Shown here piece by piece: positions 8,333 to 17,211 of a stretch of DNA of 32,000 nucleotides. Source of the DNA: Pseudoalteromonas translucida KMM 520 (GTDB lineage Bacteria > Pseudomonadota > Gammaproteobacteria > Enterobacterales > Alteromonadaceae). A model generated the notes under the pieces. The model saw only the letters and a list, made by a program, of their open reading frames with translations, was not told where the DNA came from and made no database searches. Both the position numbers and the translations under genes were made by a program. The stretch lies in NCBI RefSeq assembly GCF_001465295.1, contig NZ_CP011034.1, positions 2,100,001 through 2,132,000 on the forward strand, read 5' to 3'. Numbering within the stretch: the stretch's first letter is position 1; every line of letters starts with the position of its first letter.

Positions 8333-8755
8333 TTAGTAAGTAACGTAAAAATAATAGTATACCGAGTTGCTTTGCTGCGATGCTTCATCGGTTACGTTAA
8401 GGATTAATTTCCACAGCATATTTTTTTCAGCGCAAATACCTACCATAGTTTCACTTTGCCAGGTGTTGCCATAGCGCTTAAATTGCTGAGGAATATACCC
8501 CATATACATAGTTACGCCTTCAAGTTTTGCATTCGTAATAACACGCCCTTTAGGTAACTCGGCAAATATAGAGAATGGTGTTTCGGGGGATAAATCACCA
8601 TCGCTAAGCCATACTTTAACGCCGTTAGGAAAAGTACAGGGTAAACCGGCTTCGCAAGCAAGGTTTTTTAATTGTTGTGTATCGCTGCTCTTTGAATAAT
8701 CACACGCAACTAAAAAAATTAGTAAAAAAAACAAACATACTCTATATATATACAT
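8333..8755 (-). CDS. Small lipoprotein, possibly a FixH/YtkA-like Ig-fold domain
   Basis: The ATG at 8755 gives MYIYRVCLFFLLIFLVAC, with a lipobox (LVAC). The listed ORF extends to a GTG at 8794, but that adds a non-signal-like N-terminus. The C-terminal pattern LEGVTMYMGYIPQQF...W.SETMVGIC....LWKLILNV resembles FixH/YtkA-type domains; this is an impression only. Confidence 0.7.
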   Translation of the reverse strand: MYIYRVCLFFLLIFLVACDYSKSSDTQQLKNLACEAGLPCTFPNGVKVWLSDGDLSPETPFSIFAELPKGRVITNAKLEGVTMYMGYIPQQFKRYGNTWQSETMVGICAEKNMLWKLILNVTDEASQQSNSVYYYFYVTY

Positions 8756-8881
8756 GTGGCGGGTACTCACAATCCAAAAAATAATGGCTGGCACTAATTT
8801 AATAGTCAGAAGGTCAAATCACACTTTTATTACAAATAACGTACAATTCACCTCAAAAAGTAAACAGCAAGCTAGTAAAGT

Positions 8882-8895
8882 TTGATTGATGTCAT
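8882..8895. promoter_or_regulatory. FNR/CRP-family box candidate upstream of ccoN
   Basis: TTGAT-TGAT-GTCAT compared with the FNR consensus TTGAT-N4-ATCAA scores 5/5 + 3/5, and the T-C-A core is kept. It lies 205-218 bp upstream of the ccoN ATG. A TATCTT hexamer at 8914-8919 is roughly where a class II -10 would lie. Confidence 0.4.
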
Positions 8896-9099
8896 AATAT
8901 TATGTAATTGACCTATCTTTTTTAAGCCAAAAATTTTATCATTTCAACCGCAAAAAAATAAGGGTTTCTCGAGTCTGTTTTCTAAAATAATCGCATTTTT
9001 AATGTTTTAGATGGCAAGCTTGTGAAGTAATAGTAGGCCCCACTTTTTTTAGGTGGGTAATTCATTTCTAAACGCATTTATTGCAGCGGAAGCCAGAAA

Positions 9100-10533
9100 A
9101 TGAGCCAGACAGTAGCATCACACACTGAGTACAACTATAAAGTTGTACGCCAATTCGCTATTATGACAGTGATTTGGGGCATCGTTGGCATGAGCATTGG
9201 GGTTCTGATTGCTGCCCAACTAGCTTGGCCAGCACTTAACTTTGATACACCATGGTTAACATACTCTCGACTTCGTCCGTTACACACGAACGCAGTTATT
9301 TTCGCATTTGGTACAAGTGCACTTTTTGCGACGTCTTATTACGTCGTTCAACGTACCTGTCAAACGCGCCTTCTTTCCGATAAATTAGCAGCCTTTACCT
9401 TTTGGGGTTGGCAGCTTGTTATTGTGCTTGCTGTTATTACACTACCTTTGGGTATTACAAGTTCTAAAGAGTATGCAGAACTTGAGTGGCCAATTGATAT
9501 TTTAATAGCGGTTGTATGGGTAACTTATGCCGTAGTATTTATGGGCACAATCGCAAAACGTAAAGTGTCTCATATTTATGTAGCGAACTGGTTCTATGCT
9601 GGCTTTATCATTACGGTTGCTGTACTTCATATTGTAAATAGTATGGCTGTACCTGTGTCGTTAACTAAATCGTATTCCATTTATGCTGGTGCAGTTGATG
9701 CAATGGTACAGTGGTGGTACGGACACAATGCCGTTGGCTTTTTATTAACAGCTGGCTTTTTAGGTATGATGTATTACTTTGTACCAAAACAAGCAGGCCG
9801 TCCGGTTTACTCTTACCGCTTATCAGTGGTTCACTTTTGGGCACTTATTTCGCTTTATATTTGGGCAGGCCCTCATCACCTTCACTACACTGCGCTTCCT
9901 GATTGGACGCAAAGTTTAGGTATGGTTATGTCTATTATCTTATTCGTTCCATCTTGGGGTGGCATGATTAACGGTATTATGACGTTGTCAGGTGCATGGC
10001 ATAAGCTTCGTACTGACCCTGTTTTACGTTTCTTAGTTGTTTCATTATCTTTTTACGGTATGTCTACGTTTGAAGGCCCAATGATGGCAATAAAATCAGT
10101 AAACGCGCTTTCTCATTACACCGACTGGACTGTAGGACACGTTCACTCAGGTGCATTAGGTTGGGTTGCAATGATATCTATCGGCGCTATTTACCACTTA
10201 ATCCCTGCGTTATTCTCGCAAGGTCGTATGTACAGCGTTAAATTAATTAACACACACTTTTGGTTACACACTGTTGGTGTTGTTTTATACATAGTAGCAA
10301 TGTGGATCTCAGGTGTAATGCAAGGTCTAATGTGGCGTGCAGTTAACTCTGATGGCACATTAATGTATAGCTTTGTACAGTCTTTAGAGGCGTCTCATCC
10401 TTTCTATGTTATACGCTTCTTAGGTGGTGTGTTCATCGTAGTAGGTATGCTAGTTATGGCTTATAACGTTTATCGTACAGTAGCAGCGAAGAACGATTCG
10501 CTGCAATTAGACGAACAAGCACAATTAGCATAA
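9100..10533 (+). CDS. ccoN: cbb3-type cytochrome c oxidase subunit I
   Basis: This is a 477-aa polytopic membrane protein with haem-copper oxidase histidine motifs ([33 protein letters not shown]). It is followed by ccoO, ccoQ and ccoP. Confidence 0.97.
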   Translation: MSQTVASHTEYNYKVVRQFAIMTVIWGIVGMSIGVLIAAQLAWPALNFDTPWLTYSRLRPLHTNAVIFAFGTSALFATSYYVVQRTCQTRLLSDKLAAFTFWGWQLVIVLAVITLPLGITSSKEYAELEWPIDILIAVVWVTYAVVFMGTIAKRKVSHIYVANWFYAGFIITVAVLHIVNSMAVPVSLTKSYSIYAGAVDAMVQWWYGHNAVGFLLTAGFLGMMYYFVPKQAGRPVYSYRLSVVHFWALISLYIWAGPHHLHYTALPDWTQSLGMVMSIILFVPSWGGMINGIMTLSGAWHKLRTDPVLRFLVVSLSFYGMSTFEGPMMAIKSVNALSHYTDWTVGHVHSGALGWVAMISIGAIYHLIPALFSQGRMYSVKLINTHFWLHTVGVVLYIVAMWISGVMQGLMWRAVNSDGTLMYSFVQSLEASHPFYVIRFLGGVFIVVGMLVMAYNVYRTVAAKNDSLQLDEQAQLA

Positions 10534-10545
10534 CGGAGTGAGATA

Positions 10546-11220
10546 ATGAGCAATAAAAATTCACAAAACAAACACGAAATAGTCGAAAAAAATATTGGCC
10601 TTATGGCTATCTTGACCGTTTTCGCAATTAGCTTTGGTGCATTAGTTGAAATTACTCCGCTAATGTTTCAAGACGATACAACTAAACCAGTTGACGGACT
10701 ACGTCCGTTAACGGCACTTGAAATGGAAGGCCGAGATCTGTATGTACGTGAGGGTTGTTCTAACTGTCACTCACAAATGATCCGCCCTTTTCGTGACGAA
10801 GTTGAGCGTTATGGCCACTATTCGGTTGCCGGTGAATCTGTTTGGGATCACCCTTTCCTTTGGGGCTCTAAACGTACTGGTCCTGACTTAGCGCGTGTAG
10901 GCAAGCGTTATTCCGATGACTGGCATTATGCTCACTTAGTTGACCCACGTGCTGTGGTTCCTGAGTCGAACATGCCAGGCTTTCCTTGGTTAGCAGAGAA
11001 TACGCTTGATACAAGCTTAACTCTGAATAAACTTAAAATTTTCCGTGACACATTTGGAATCGATAGCCGTACCGACCGTTACGATGGTTTAGGTTACGGT
11101 AGTGATGAAGAATTAATCGCCGATGTTGCTAAAGTTGATGCAATGAATGACGGTAAAGGTGCAACAGAAATGCAAGCCCTTATCGCTTATTTGCAACAAC
11201 TTGGCACCCACTTGAAGTAA
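10546..11220 (+). CDS. ccoO: cbb3-type cytochrome c oxidase subunit II (monohaem)
   Basis: The protein has an N-terminal TM anchor, a single CXXCH (CSNCHS) and the conserved [20 protein letters not shown] segment. Confidence 0.97.
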   Translation: MSNKNSQNKHEIVEKNIGLMAILTVFAISFGALVEITPLMFQDDTTKPVDGLRPLTALEMEGRDLYVREGCSNCHSQMIRPFRDEVERYGHYSVAGESVWDHPFLWGSKRTGPDLARVGKRYSDDWHYAHLVDPRAVVPESNMPGFPWLAENTLDTSLTLNKLKIFRDTFGIDSRTDRYDGLGYGSDEELIADVAKVDAMNDGKGATEMQALIAYLQQLGTHLK

Positions 11221-11226
11221 CTAATT

Positions 11227-11412
11227 ATGGATTATGGGACATACAGAGGCATTTTAACTCTGGTAATTTTAGTACTATTTATTGTGATTGTTGCTTGGGC
11301 ATACAGCAAACGTAGTAAAACACGTTTTAAAGACGCTGCTAATGTTATTTTCGAAGATGAAAAAAAACACAACAATACGCTCTCTAACGAGGAAAAGGGG
11401 TCTGAGAAATGA
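11227..11412 (+). CDS. ccoQ: cbb3-type cytochrome c oxidase subunit CcoQ
   Basis: This is a 61-aa single-TM protein (GILTLVILVLFIVIVAWAY) in the canonical position. Its stop codon overlaps the ccoP start (ATGA at 11409-11412). Confidence 0.9.
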   Translation: MDYGTYRGILTLVILVLFIVIVAWAYSKRSKTRFKDAANVIFEDEKKHNNTLSNEEKGSEK

Positions 11413-12443
11413 CTAGCTTTTGGAGTATTTGGGTTATTGTATTAACCCTATCATGTTTGTTCATTTTGTTTGGTTTACTCGTGTGGAATTTAAAAAACTA
11501 CGCTGGTGTACCTGAAGGTGAAAGCTGCGGACATGTATATGATGGAATTGAAGAGCTAAATAATCCACTACCAAAGTGGTGGACTTACATGTTCTTTGCA
11601 ACATTTATTTGGTCTGTTTATTACTTAGCAGCTTACCCAGGTTTAGGTAACTGGGAAGGGTTAGGTAAGTGGACTAGTTCTAACCAAGGTATTACTTCTT
11701 TGGCTGAATCTAAAGAAGCAGTAGAACTTGCTAAAGAAGAAGGTCGCTTTGTAAAACTAGACGCTGAGTACCGCGTTGCAGATGAACGTTTTGGCCCTAT
11801 TTTTAATGAGCTGGCACAAATACCAGTAATAAAATTGGTTGAGTCAAAATTTGAAGGTGACGCAGCACAGCAAGTTGCACTTGAAAATGGTGAAAAACAT
11901 ACCGAGTCGCAAGGTCAGCTAGCAATTGAAATTGGCCAACGTCTTTTTGCACAAAACTGTTCTCAGTGTCATGGTTCTGATGCGCGTGGTGGTACTGGCT
12001 TTCCTAACCTAACTGATAATGATTGGTTATATGGCGGCACACCCGATAAAATTAAAGAAACATTACTTTACGGGCGTATAGCAGCAATGCCACCTTGGGG
12101 TGCTGCACTAGGTGAGCAAGGCGTTAAAGAAATGACCGCTCATGTACTTAGCCTTTCAGGTCGTACTGTAAACCAAAAAGACGCTGCTGCCGGCGAAGCT
12201 AAGTGGGCTATGTGTGCTGCATGTCACGGCGCTGACGGTAAAGGCTCTGTTGCACACAACTTACCCTTTGGTGCACCTAACCTAACCGACAACGTTTGGT
12301 TATATGGTGGTTCTCAACGTGCTGTTGAAGAAACACTTAACCATGGTCGTGCCGGTGTAATGCCAGCGTGGAAAGATATTTTAGGTGAAGATAAAATACA
12401 CCTACTAACGGCTTACGTTTACAGCTTATCTCAAGCTAAATAG
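11409..12443 (+). CDS. ccoP: cbb3-type cytochrome c oxidase subunit III (dihaem)
   Basis: The protein has an N-terminal TM helix, two CXXCH motifs (CSQCHG, CAACHG) and two WLYGG repeats. Confidence 0.97.
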   Translation: MTSFWSIWVIVLTLSCLFILFGLLVWNLKNYAGVPEGESCGHVYDGIEELNNPLPKWWTYMFFATFIWSVYYLAAYPGLGNWEGLGKWTSSNQGITSLAESKEAVELAKEEGRFVKLDAEYRVADERFGPIFNELAQIPVIKLVESKFEGDAAQQVALENGEKHTESQGQLAIEIGQRLFAQNCSQCHGSDARGGTGFPNLTDNDWLYGGTPDKIKETLLYGRIAAMPPWGAALGEQGVKEMTAHVLSLSGRTVNQKDAAAGEAKWAMCAACHGADGKGSVAHNLPFGAPNLTDNVWLYGGSQRAVEETLNHGRAGVMPAWKDILGEDKIHLLTAYVYSLSQAK

Positions 12444-12496
12444 TTACACCGTTAACGAATATTTAATCTTTTAAATTCAATAGATTAATCCAGATC

Positions 12497-12526
12497 AAAA
12501 AAGCCTCCACTCGGAGGCTTTTTTTT
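12497..12526 (+). terminator. Rho-independent terminator after ccoP
   Basis: GCCTCC (12503-12508), loop ACTC, GGAGGC (12513-12518), followed by a run of eight T (12519-12526) and preceded by an A-run. Confidence 0.85.
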
Positions 12527-12585
12527 AGTCTTTTACAAATATTTATTATAGTATAGCCGCATCTTCATTTTATTTTAGAGTAACT

Positions 12586-13077
12586 ATGCAACCTACTCCG
12601 TGGTATAAAAATTTTTGGCCTTGGTTTTTAATCTTTTTTCCCTCTGCTGCAATTATTGGCTGCATTAGCTTATTCTTTACCGCCATAGGCAATGGCCCTG
12701 ATATGGTGGTAGATGACTACTATAAAAAAGGCAAAGCAATTAACTTAGAGCTTACTAAGTTTGATAAGGCAAAAGCTTTATACTTACATGGCGAGCTGAA
12801 TGTTACCAGTGAGCGCGTTAGCTTTAAATTTACCAAAGGCGATACGAGCAACATACATGCATTAAAACTGTCGTTTTATCATCGTACAATTAAAGCGCAT
12901 GACTTTGAAGCCACCCTAACGCCTAATGCTAATCAAGAATTTACCGCATTACTTGATGGATTTACCGACGGTGCTTATTCGGTATTTATTGAGCCTATTG
13001 ATGGTAGCTGGAAGCTAAAAGAAAACATTACCTTACCAACCACCCTTGCTGTTTTAGTTACGCCTAATTATAAGTAG
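12586..13077 (+). CDS. ccoH: FixH-family cbb3 oxidase maturation protein
   Basis: The N-terminus, PWYKNFWPWFLIFFPSAAIIGCISLFF...VVDDYYKKG, is typical of FixH/CcoH. The gene sits directly upstream of ccoI. Confidence 0.85.
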   Translation: MQPTPWYKNFWPWFLIFFPSAAIIGCISLFFTAIGNGPDMVVDDYYKKGKAINLELTKFDKAKALYLHGELNVTSERVSFKFTKGDTSNIHALKLSFYHRTIKAHDFEATLTPNANQEFTALLDGFTDGAYSVFIEPIDGSWKLKENITLPTTLAVLVTPNYK

Positions 13078-13085
13078 TATTTAGT

Positions 13086-15461
13086 ATGTCTATAAATTGC
13101 TTTCATTGCCTTGAAAGTGTACCTAACGGGTTTAGCGCACACGTAGTAATTGATAATAAATCTCAGCCAATGTGTTGCATTGGCTGCCAAGCCGTTGCGC
13201 AAAATATTATTGACCAAGGCATGACCGACTATTATAAGTACCGAACCGTGCAAGCTGGTAAAGTAGAGCAGTTAGTACCAGAGCAACTCGCCTTTATTAA
13301 AAGCTACGACAACGAAGATATTCAAGACGAATTTATAACTACCAATGACAACTTCTCAGAAGTATTGCTCAGCGTAGAAGGTATAACCTGCGCAGCTTGT
13401 GCATGGCTTATAGAAAAGCAATTACTCGGTTTAAAAACGGTAAAGCGTGTTGATGTTAATACCTCAACTAACCGCGCTATGGTGCAATGGGATAAAACCG
13501 CCACCCCATTGAGCGAAATTATTACTAGCCTCGCTAAAATAGGCTATAAAGCCTACCCGTTTCAGTCAGACTTAGAAGCACAGCAAAAGCAGCAAACCGC
13601 AAAAGCCTATATTCGCCGCTTAGGTGTAGCCGGTTTAATGACCATGCAAGTAATGATGTTTGCATTTGCTATGTACTTTGGCATGTTCTCCGGTATGGAC
13701 AGTAATTTTGAGCAGTATTTTAGGTGGATCAGCTTAGTACTTGCCTCTCCGGTTATTTTATATAGCGCACTGCCCTTTTTAACTAATGCCATTAATGGCT
13801 TAAAAGCAAAACAGCTTAATATGGACTTACCCGTATCGCTGGCTATTTTTGGTGCATTTGGTGCTAGTTGTTACGCTACATTTATGCAAGTGGGTGAGGT
13901 GTACTTTGAATCCGTATGTATGTTCACCTTTTTATTATTATTAGGTAAATATCTAGAATTTAGAGCACGTTTAAAAGCCAGTGAATTTACAGCTAACTTA
14001 CAAAAGTTATTGCCACTAACCGCCCGTACTCTCGATGCAAATGGGCAAGAACATATTATTGCCGCTAAAAAGCTTAAATTAAACGATATTATTCTAATTA
14101 AAGCCGGCGAAACCATTCCTGCTGATGGAATTTTAATTAAAGGTAAAACCAGCGTTGATGAATCAATGATGACCGGAGAGCACCTGCCCGTTAATAAGTT
14201 TATTAATCACAGTGTTTACGCCGGCACAGTCAATCATGACGGTATTATTGAAATAAAAATCAATAAAATAGGGCAAAGCACGCTGCTAAATCAAATCATT
14301 CGTCTACAACACAATGCACTTACCAAACGCCCTAAACTAGTAGAAATTACAGATAAAGTTGCTCAGTGGTTTGTGGCTGTGTTACTTATATTTGCATCGG
14401 TAACCGCATTTGGCTGGTATCAAATTGCCCCTGAGCAAGCATTTTGGATCACTATTTCTGTACTTGTGGCTACGTGTCCTTGCGCGCTAAGTTTAGCTAT
14501 TCCAACCGCATTAACCTGTTCGGTAGCCAACCTTACTCGTAAAGGTATTTTAATAAAACAAGCGCATGTGCTCGAAACTCTATCTAAAATCACTTTATTC
14601 GCATTTGATAAAACCGGCACACTAACCCAAGGACGCTTTAGCTTAGATGCGGTCGATATACTCAGTGAAGAGTACACTAAAAATCAAGTGCTTGAGATTG
14701 CAGCCCAACTAGAGAGCTATTCAGAGCACCCAATTGCCCGTGCATTTAGCCAATATAAAGTACCTGGGCATAAACTTAACGATATTCAATTACACCCGGG
14801 AAAAGGGATCAGCGCACAGTATAACGACACCCATTATGCTATTGGTAAAAGTGGCTGGTTTAATAGTAAAAAAACTAACGCGCAAGCAACTTTGTATATT
14901 AATCAGCAACCTATTGCCCGCTTTTACTTTGTCGATAAAATAAAAGATGATGCGAGTACTTTAATTAACGCTCTACAAACGCATAAGTTAACGTGTCATA
15001 TGCTTACTGGCGATGCGTCTGATGCGGGGCAACGTATAGCAAAAAAACTTAAATTACACAGCGTGCAATCCGGTTGTAGCCCTAAAGACAAACAAACAGC
15101 GGTTGAGCAATGGTCAACACAAGGTGAAGTGGTTGCCATGGTAGGTGATGGGGTAAACGACAGCCCAGTATTTGCCAGTGCGCACTTATCAATCGCCATG
15201 GAAACCGGGGCCGATATTTCAAAAAACAGCGCCGACGTTGTATTACTCAATAGCGATTTAGCTTCAATCGAGCACCTATTAATAGTTGCCAAAAAAACCA
15301 GGCGCATTATTAAACAAAACTTAACTTTGTCTTTATTGTATAATGGCTCAATATTACCGTTAGCTGCAATGGGGCTGGTTGCGCCGTGGATGGCTGTTAT
15401 TGGCATGTCGACCAGCTCAATTATTGTGATATGCAACTCATTAAGGCTGTTAAAGTTATGA
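13086..15461 (+). CDS. ccoI: Copper-translocating P1B-type ATPase for cbb3 oxidase assembly (FixI/CcoI)
   Basis: An N-terminal Cys-rich domain (CFHC...CCIGC) is followed by an HMA-type GITCAACAW motif. The TM CPC motif (ATCPCALSL), the phosphorylation site FDKTGTLT and the hinge motif GDGVNDSP are all present. Confidence 0.95.
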   Translation: MSINCFHCLESVPNGFSAHVVIDNKSQPMCCIGCQAVAQNIIDQGMTDYYKYRTVQAGKVEQLVPEQLAFIKSYDNEDIQDEFITTNDNFSEVLLSVEGITCAACAWLIEKQLLGLKTVKRVDVNTSTNRAMVQWDKTATPLSEIITSLAKIGYKAYPFQSDLEAQQKQQTAKAYIRRLGVAGLMTMQVMMFAFAMYFGMFSGMDSNFEQYFRWISLVLASPVILYSALPFLTNAINGLKAKQLNMDLPVSLAIFGAFGASCYATFMQVGEVYFESVCMFTFLLLLGKYLEFRARLKASEFTANLQKLLPLTARTLDANGQEHIIAAKKLKLNDIILIKAGETIPADGILIKGKTSVDESMMTGEHLPVNKFINHSVYAGTVNHDGIIEIKINKIGQSTLLNQIIRLQHNALTKRPKLVEITDKVAQWFVAVLLIFASVTAFGWYQIAPEQAFWITISVLVATCPCALSLAIPTALTCSVANLTRKGILIKQAHVLETLSKITLFAFDKTGTLTQGRFSLDAVDILSEEYTKNQVLEIAAQLESYSEHPIARAFSQYKVPGHKLNDIQLHPGKGISAQYNDTHYAIGKSGWFNSKKTNAQATLYINQQPIARFYFVDKIKDDASTLINALQTHKLTCHMLTGDASDAGQRIAKKLKLHSVQSGCSPKDKQTAVEQWSTQGEVVAMVGDGVNDSPVFASAHLSIAMETGADISKNSADVVLLNSDLASIEHLLIVAKKTRRIIKQNLTLSLLYNGSILPLAAMGLVAPWMAVIGMSTSSIIVICNSLRLLKL

Positions 15462-15625
15462 GCATAATTTACATTTTAGTTCCTATCGCTATTTTATTTG
15501 TACTAATAGCTATAGGGGTATTTTTTTGGGCAGTAAAAGGCGAGCAATTTTCTGATTTAAATAAACAAGGCCATAGTATCTTGTTTGAAGATGACAAAGA
15601 GCAGCATAACAAAAGTAATGATTGA
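15458..15625 (+). CDS. ccoS: cbb3 oxidase assembly protein CcoS (55 aa)
   Basis: The ATG at 15458 overlaps the ccoI stop (ATGA). The sequence MSIIYILVPIAILFVLIAIGVFFWAVKGEQFSDL...ILFEDD is the classic CcoS/FixS sequence. The listed 15386 start lies inside ccoI and is rejected. Confidence 0.9.
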   Translation: MSIIYILVPIAILFVLIAIGVFFWAVKGEQFSDLNKQGHSILFEDDKEQHNKSND

Positions 15626-16289
15626 CCCTATTTTCGTCAGTGCTTTTTTAATGGGCCTAATTGGTAGCGGCCATTGCATTGCAATGTGTGGTGGTATAGC
15701 CAGCTCACTGCAATTAGCCAGTAATAAACGCCAAACTCTCATTTACTCTTTTGCTTATAATATAGGCCGAGCGCTAAGTTACATGCTTGCTGGTGCATTA
15801 GTGGCAGGTATTAGCAGTAAATTTGCCACACAAAACTCTGTTTTTGCATTATCACTGTCTTTTATAGCAGGCATTTTTATGTTGTTGGTAGGGGTATATA
15901 TAATGCGCTTAGCAGCTACCTTACAATGGCTCGAAAAAGTAGGTAAAACCTTAGTTTGGCAACACCTAGTTAAATTTAATAAATATTTAATGCCAATTAA
16001 CTCGCCATTTAAAGCACTTGGATACGGCGCTTTATGGGGCTGGTTACCCTGTGGTTTAGTTTATTCAGCACTTACTTGGGCTATGACCAGCGCAAATGCG
16101 CTTGATGGTGCATTAGTAATGCTCTGTTTTGCACTAGGCACCTTTCCCGCGATGATCACAATAGGCGTTAGTGCAAAAAAACTAAGCACCCTGTTTAACC
16201 ACCCTTGGACACGAATAATATTAGGTAGCGTAATAATTTGGTATGGTATTTACTTACTGATCATTGCAACAGATAAGCTTGTGCATTAA
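15618..16289 (+). CDS. DsbD_2 / TauE-SafE-like polytopic membrane protein of the cco maturation cluster
   Basis: MIDPIFVSAFLMGLIGSGHCIAMCGGI carries the paired-Cys motif, and WGWLPCGLVYSAL is also present. The protein has about 6 TM segments. The ATG at 15618 overlaps the ccoS stop by 8 nt. The ORF is also open from 15585, so the start is ambiguous. Confidence 0.8.
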   Translation: MIDPIFVSAFLMGLIGSGHCIAMCGGIASSLQLASNKRQTLIYSFAYNIGRALSYMLAGALVAGISSKFATQNSVFALSLSFIAGIFMLLVGVYIMRLAATLQWLEKVGKTLVWQHLVKFNKYLMPINSPFKALGYGALWGWLPCGLVYSALTWAMTSANALDGALVMLCFALGTFPAMITIGVSAKKLSTLFNHPWTRIILGSVIIWYGIYLLIIATDKLVH

Positions 16290-16330
16290 CATTGATCATA
16301 TTGTGGCTTGAATTTTAACGGATTGAATTT

Positions 16331-17068
16331 ATGGATTTTTCTCAAGGTCGTGCTAAAAGTAATTGTGCTATTAGCTGTAATAACTGCAGTATCAGCCAGT
16401 TATGCCTACCCTTTTCTCTTAATGGTCAAGAAATGGATAAGCTTGACGAAATAATCGAGCGCAAAAAACCATTACACAAAGGCGACTTTTTGTTTGAGTC
16501 GGGCGCGCCATTAAACGCTATTTATGCTGTGCGTTCGGGTTCGTTTAAATCTTATACCTTATCTGAGCAAGGCGATGAGCAAATTACAGGTTTTCATTTA
16601 GCCGGTGACTTAGTTGGTTTTGATGCAATAAGTAAAATGATGCACCAAAGCTTTTCACAAGCGTTAGAAACATCTATGGTATGCGAAATTCCGTTTGATA
16701 CCCTTGACGAGTTAGCAGGCAGACTCCCTAAGTTACGCCAACAAATAATGCGCTTAATGAGTAGCGAAATTACCTATGATCAAGAAATGCTGTTACTGCT
16801 TAACAAAAAATCTGCCGAGCAACGCTTAGCCAGCTTTATTTTTAACTTATCGGAACGTTTTGGTGAGCGTGGTTTTTCTCGTAAAGAATTTCGCTTTACC
16901 ATGACCCGCGGCGAAATTGGCAATTACTTGGGTTTAACCGTTGAAACTATTAGCCGTTTATTGAGTCGCTTTCAAAAAGCCGATTTAATAAAAGTTGAAG
17001 GCAAATTTATTACTATTTTAGATAACGATGCACTGGCCAAAGCAGCTGCAATAGTAAAGCCCCGCTAA
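16331..17068 (+). CDS. fnr: Oxygen-sensing [4Fe-4S] transcription factor FNR (CRP/FNR family)
   Basis: The protein is near-colinear with E. coli FNR as I recall it. It has the N-terminal Cys cluster [14 protein letters not shown], the segments [26 protein letters not shown] and [12 protein letters not shown], and the [30 protein letters not shown]. Confidence 0.97.
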   Translation: MDFSQGRAKSNCAISCNNCSISQLCLPFSLNGQEMDKLDEIIERKKPLHKGDFLFESGAPLNAIYAVRSGSFKSYTLSEQGDEQITGFHLAGDLVGFDAISKMMHQSFSQALETSMVCEIPFDTLDELAGRLPKLRQQIMRLMSSEITYDQEMLLLLNKKSAEQRLASFIFNLSERFGERGFSRKEFRFTMTRGEIGNYLGLTVETISRLLSRFQKADLIKVEGKFITILDNDALAKAAAIVKPR

Positions 17069-17118
17069 TTAGCGTACTTACGTTGTAATATTTAAACTAA
17101 TTCATTAGATTAAATAGT

Positions 17119-17132
17119 TTGATTTAGAACAA
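17119..17132. promoter_or_regulatory. FNR-like box candidate upstream of uspE
   Basis: TTGAT-TTAG-AACAA scores 5/5 + 4/5 against TTGAT-N4-ATCAA. It lies 80-93 bp upstream of the uspE ATG at 17212. I could not place a convincing -10 at class II spacing. Confidence 0.3.
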
Positions 17133-17211
17133 TAATATTTGTGCTATCCCTTTCACTGTGCTCTATTTACGTTACACTCAAAGTACACCCGTAAAGTGAA
17201 TGGAGTTGCAC

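Noticed and set aside
12485-12498. TTAAT-CCAG-ATCAA FNR-like sequence just upstream of the ccoP terminator and ccoH
   Set aside because: The left half-site lacks the critical G (TTAAT rather than TTGAT). The site abuts the terminator stem, and no -10 lies at a sensible distance. It is best treated as a lone half-site.
13068-15436. Minus-strand and off-frame ORFs inside ccoI (for example 14996..15436, 146 aa; 14420..14677; 14734..14943)
   Set aside because: They lie entirely within the P-type ATPase coding frame, which shows CPC, DKTGT and GDGVND motifs. There is no independent support for them.
15386-15625. 79-aa version of ccoS starting at 15386, and the 15585 start for the DsbD_2-like gene
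   Set aside because: The extra N-terminal residues lie inside the preceding genes and are not signal- or TM-like. ATG 15458 (ATGA overlap with the ccoI stop) gives the canonical 55-aa CcoS. ATG 15618 gives a typical TM start for the DsbD_2-like gene, although 15585 cannot be fully excluded.
16290-16330. Possible FNR autoregulatory box (TTGATCATATTGTG) upstream of fnr
   Set aside because: The second half-site (TTGTG) shares at most 1-2 positions with ATCAA, so the sequence is not palindromic.
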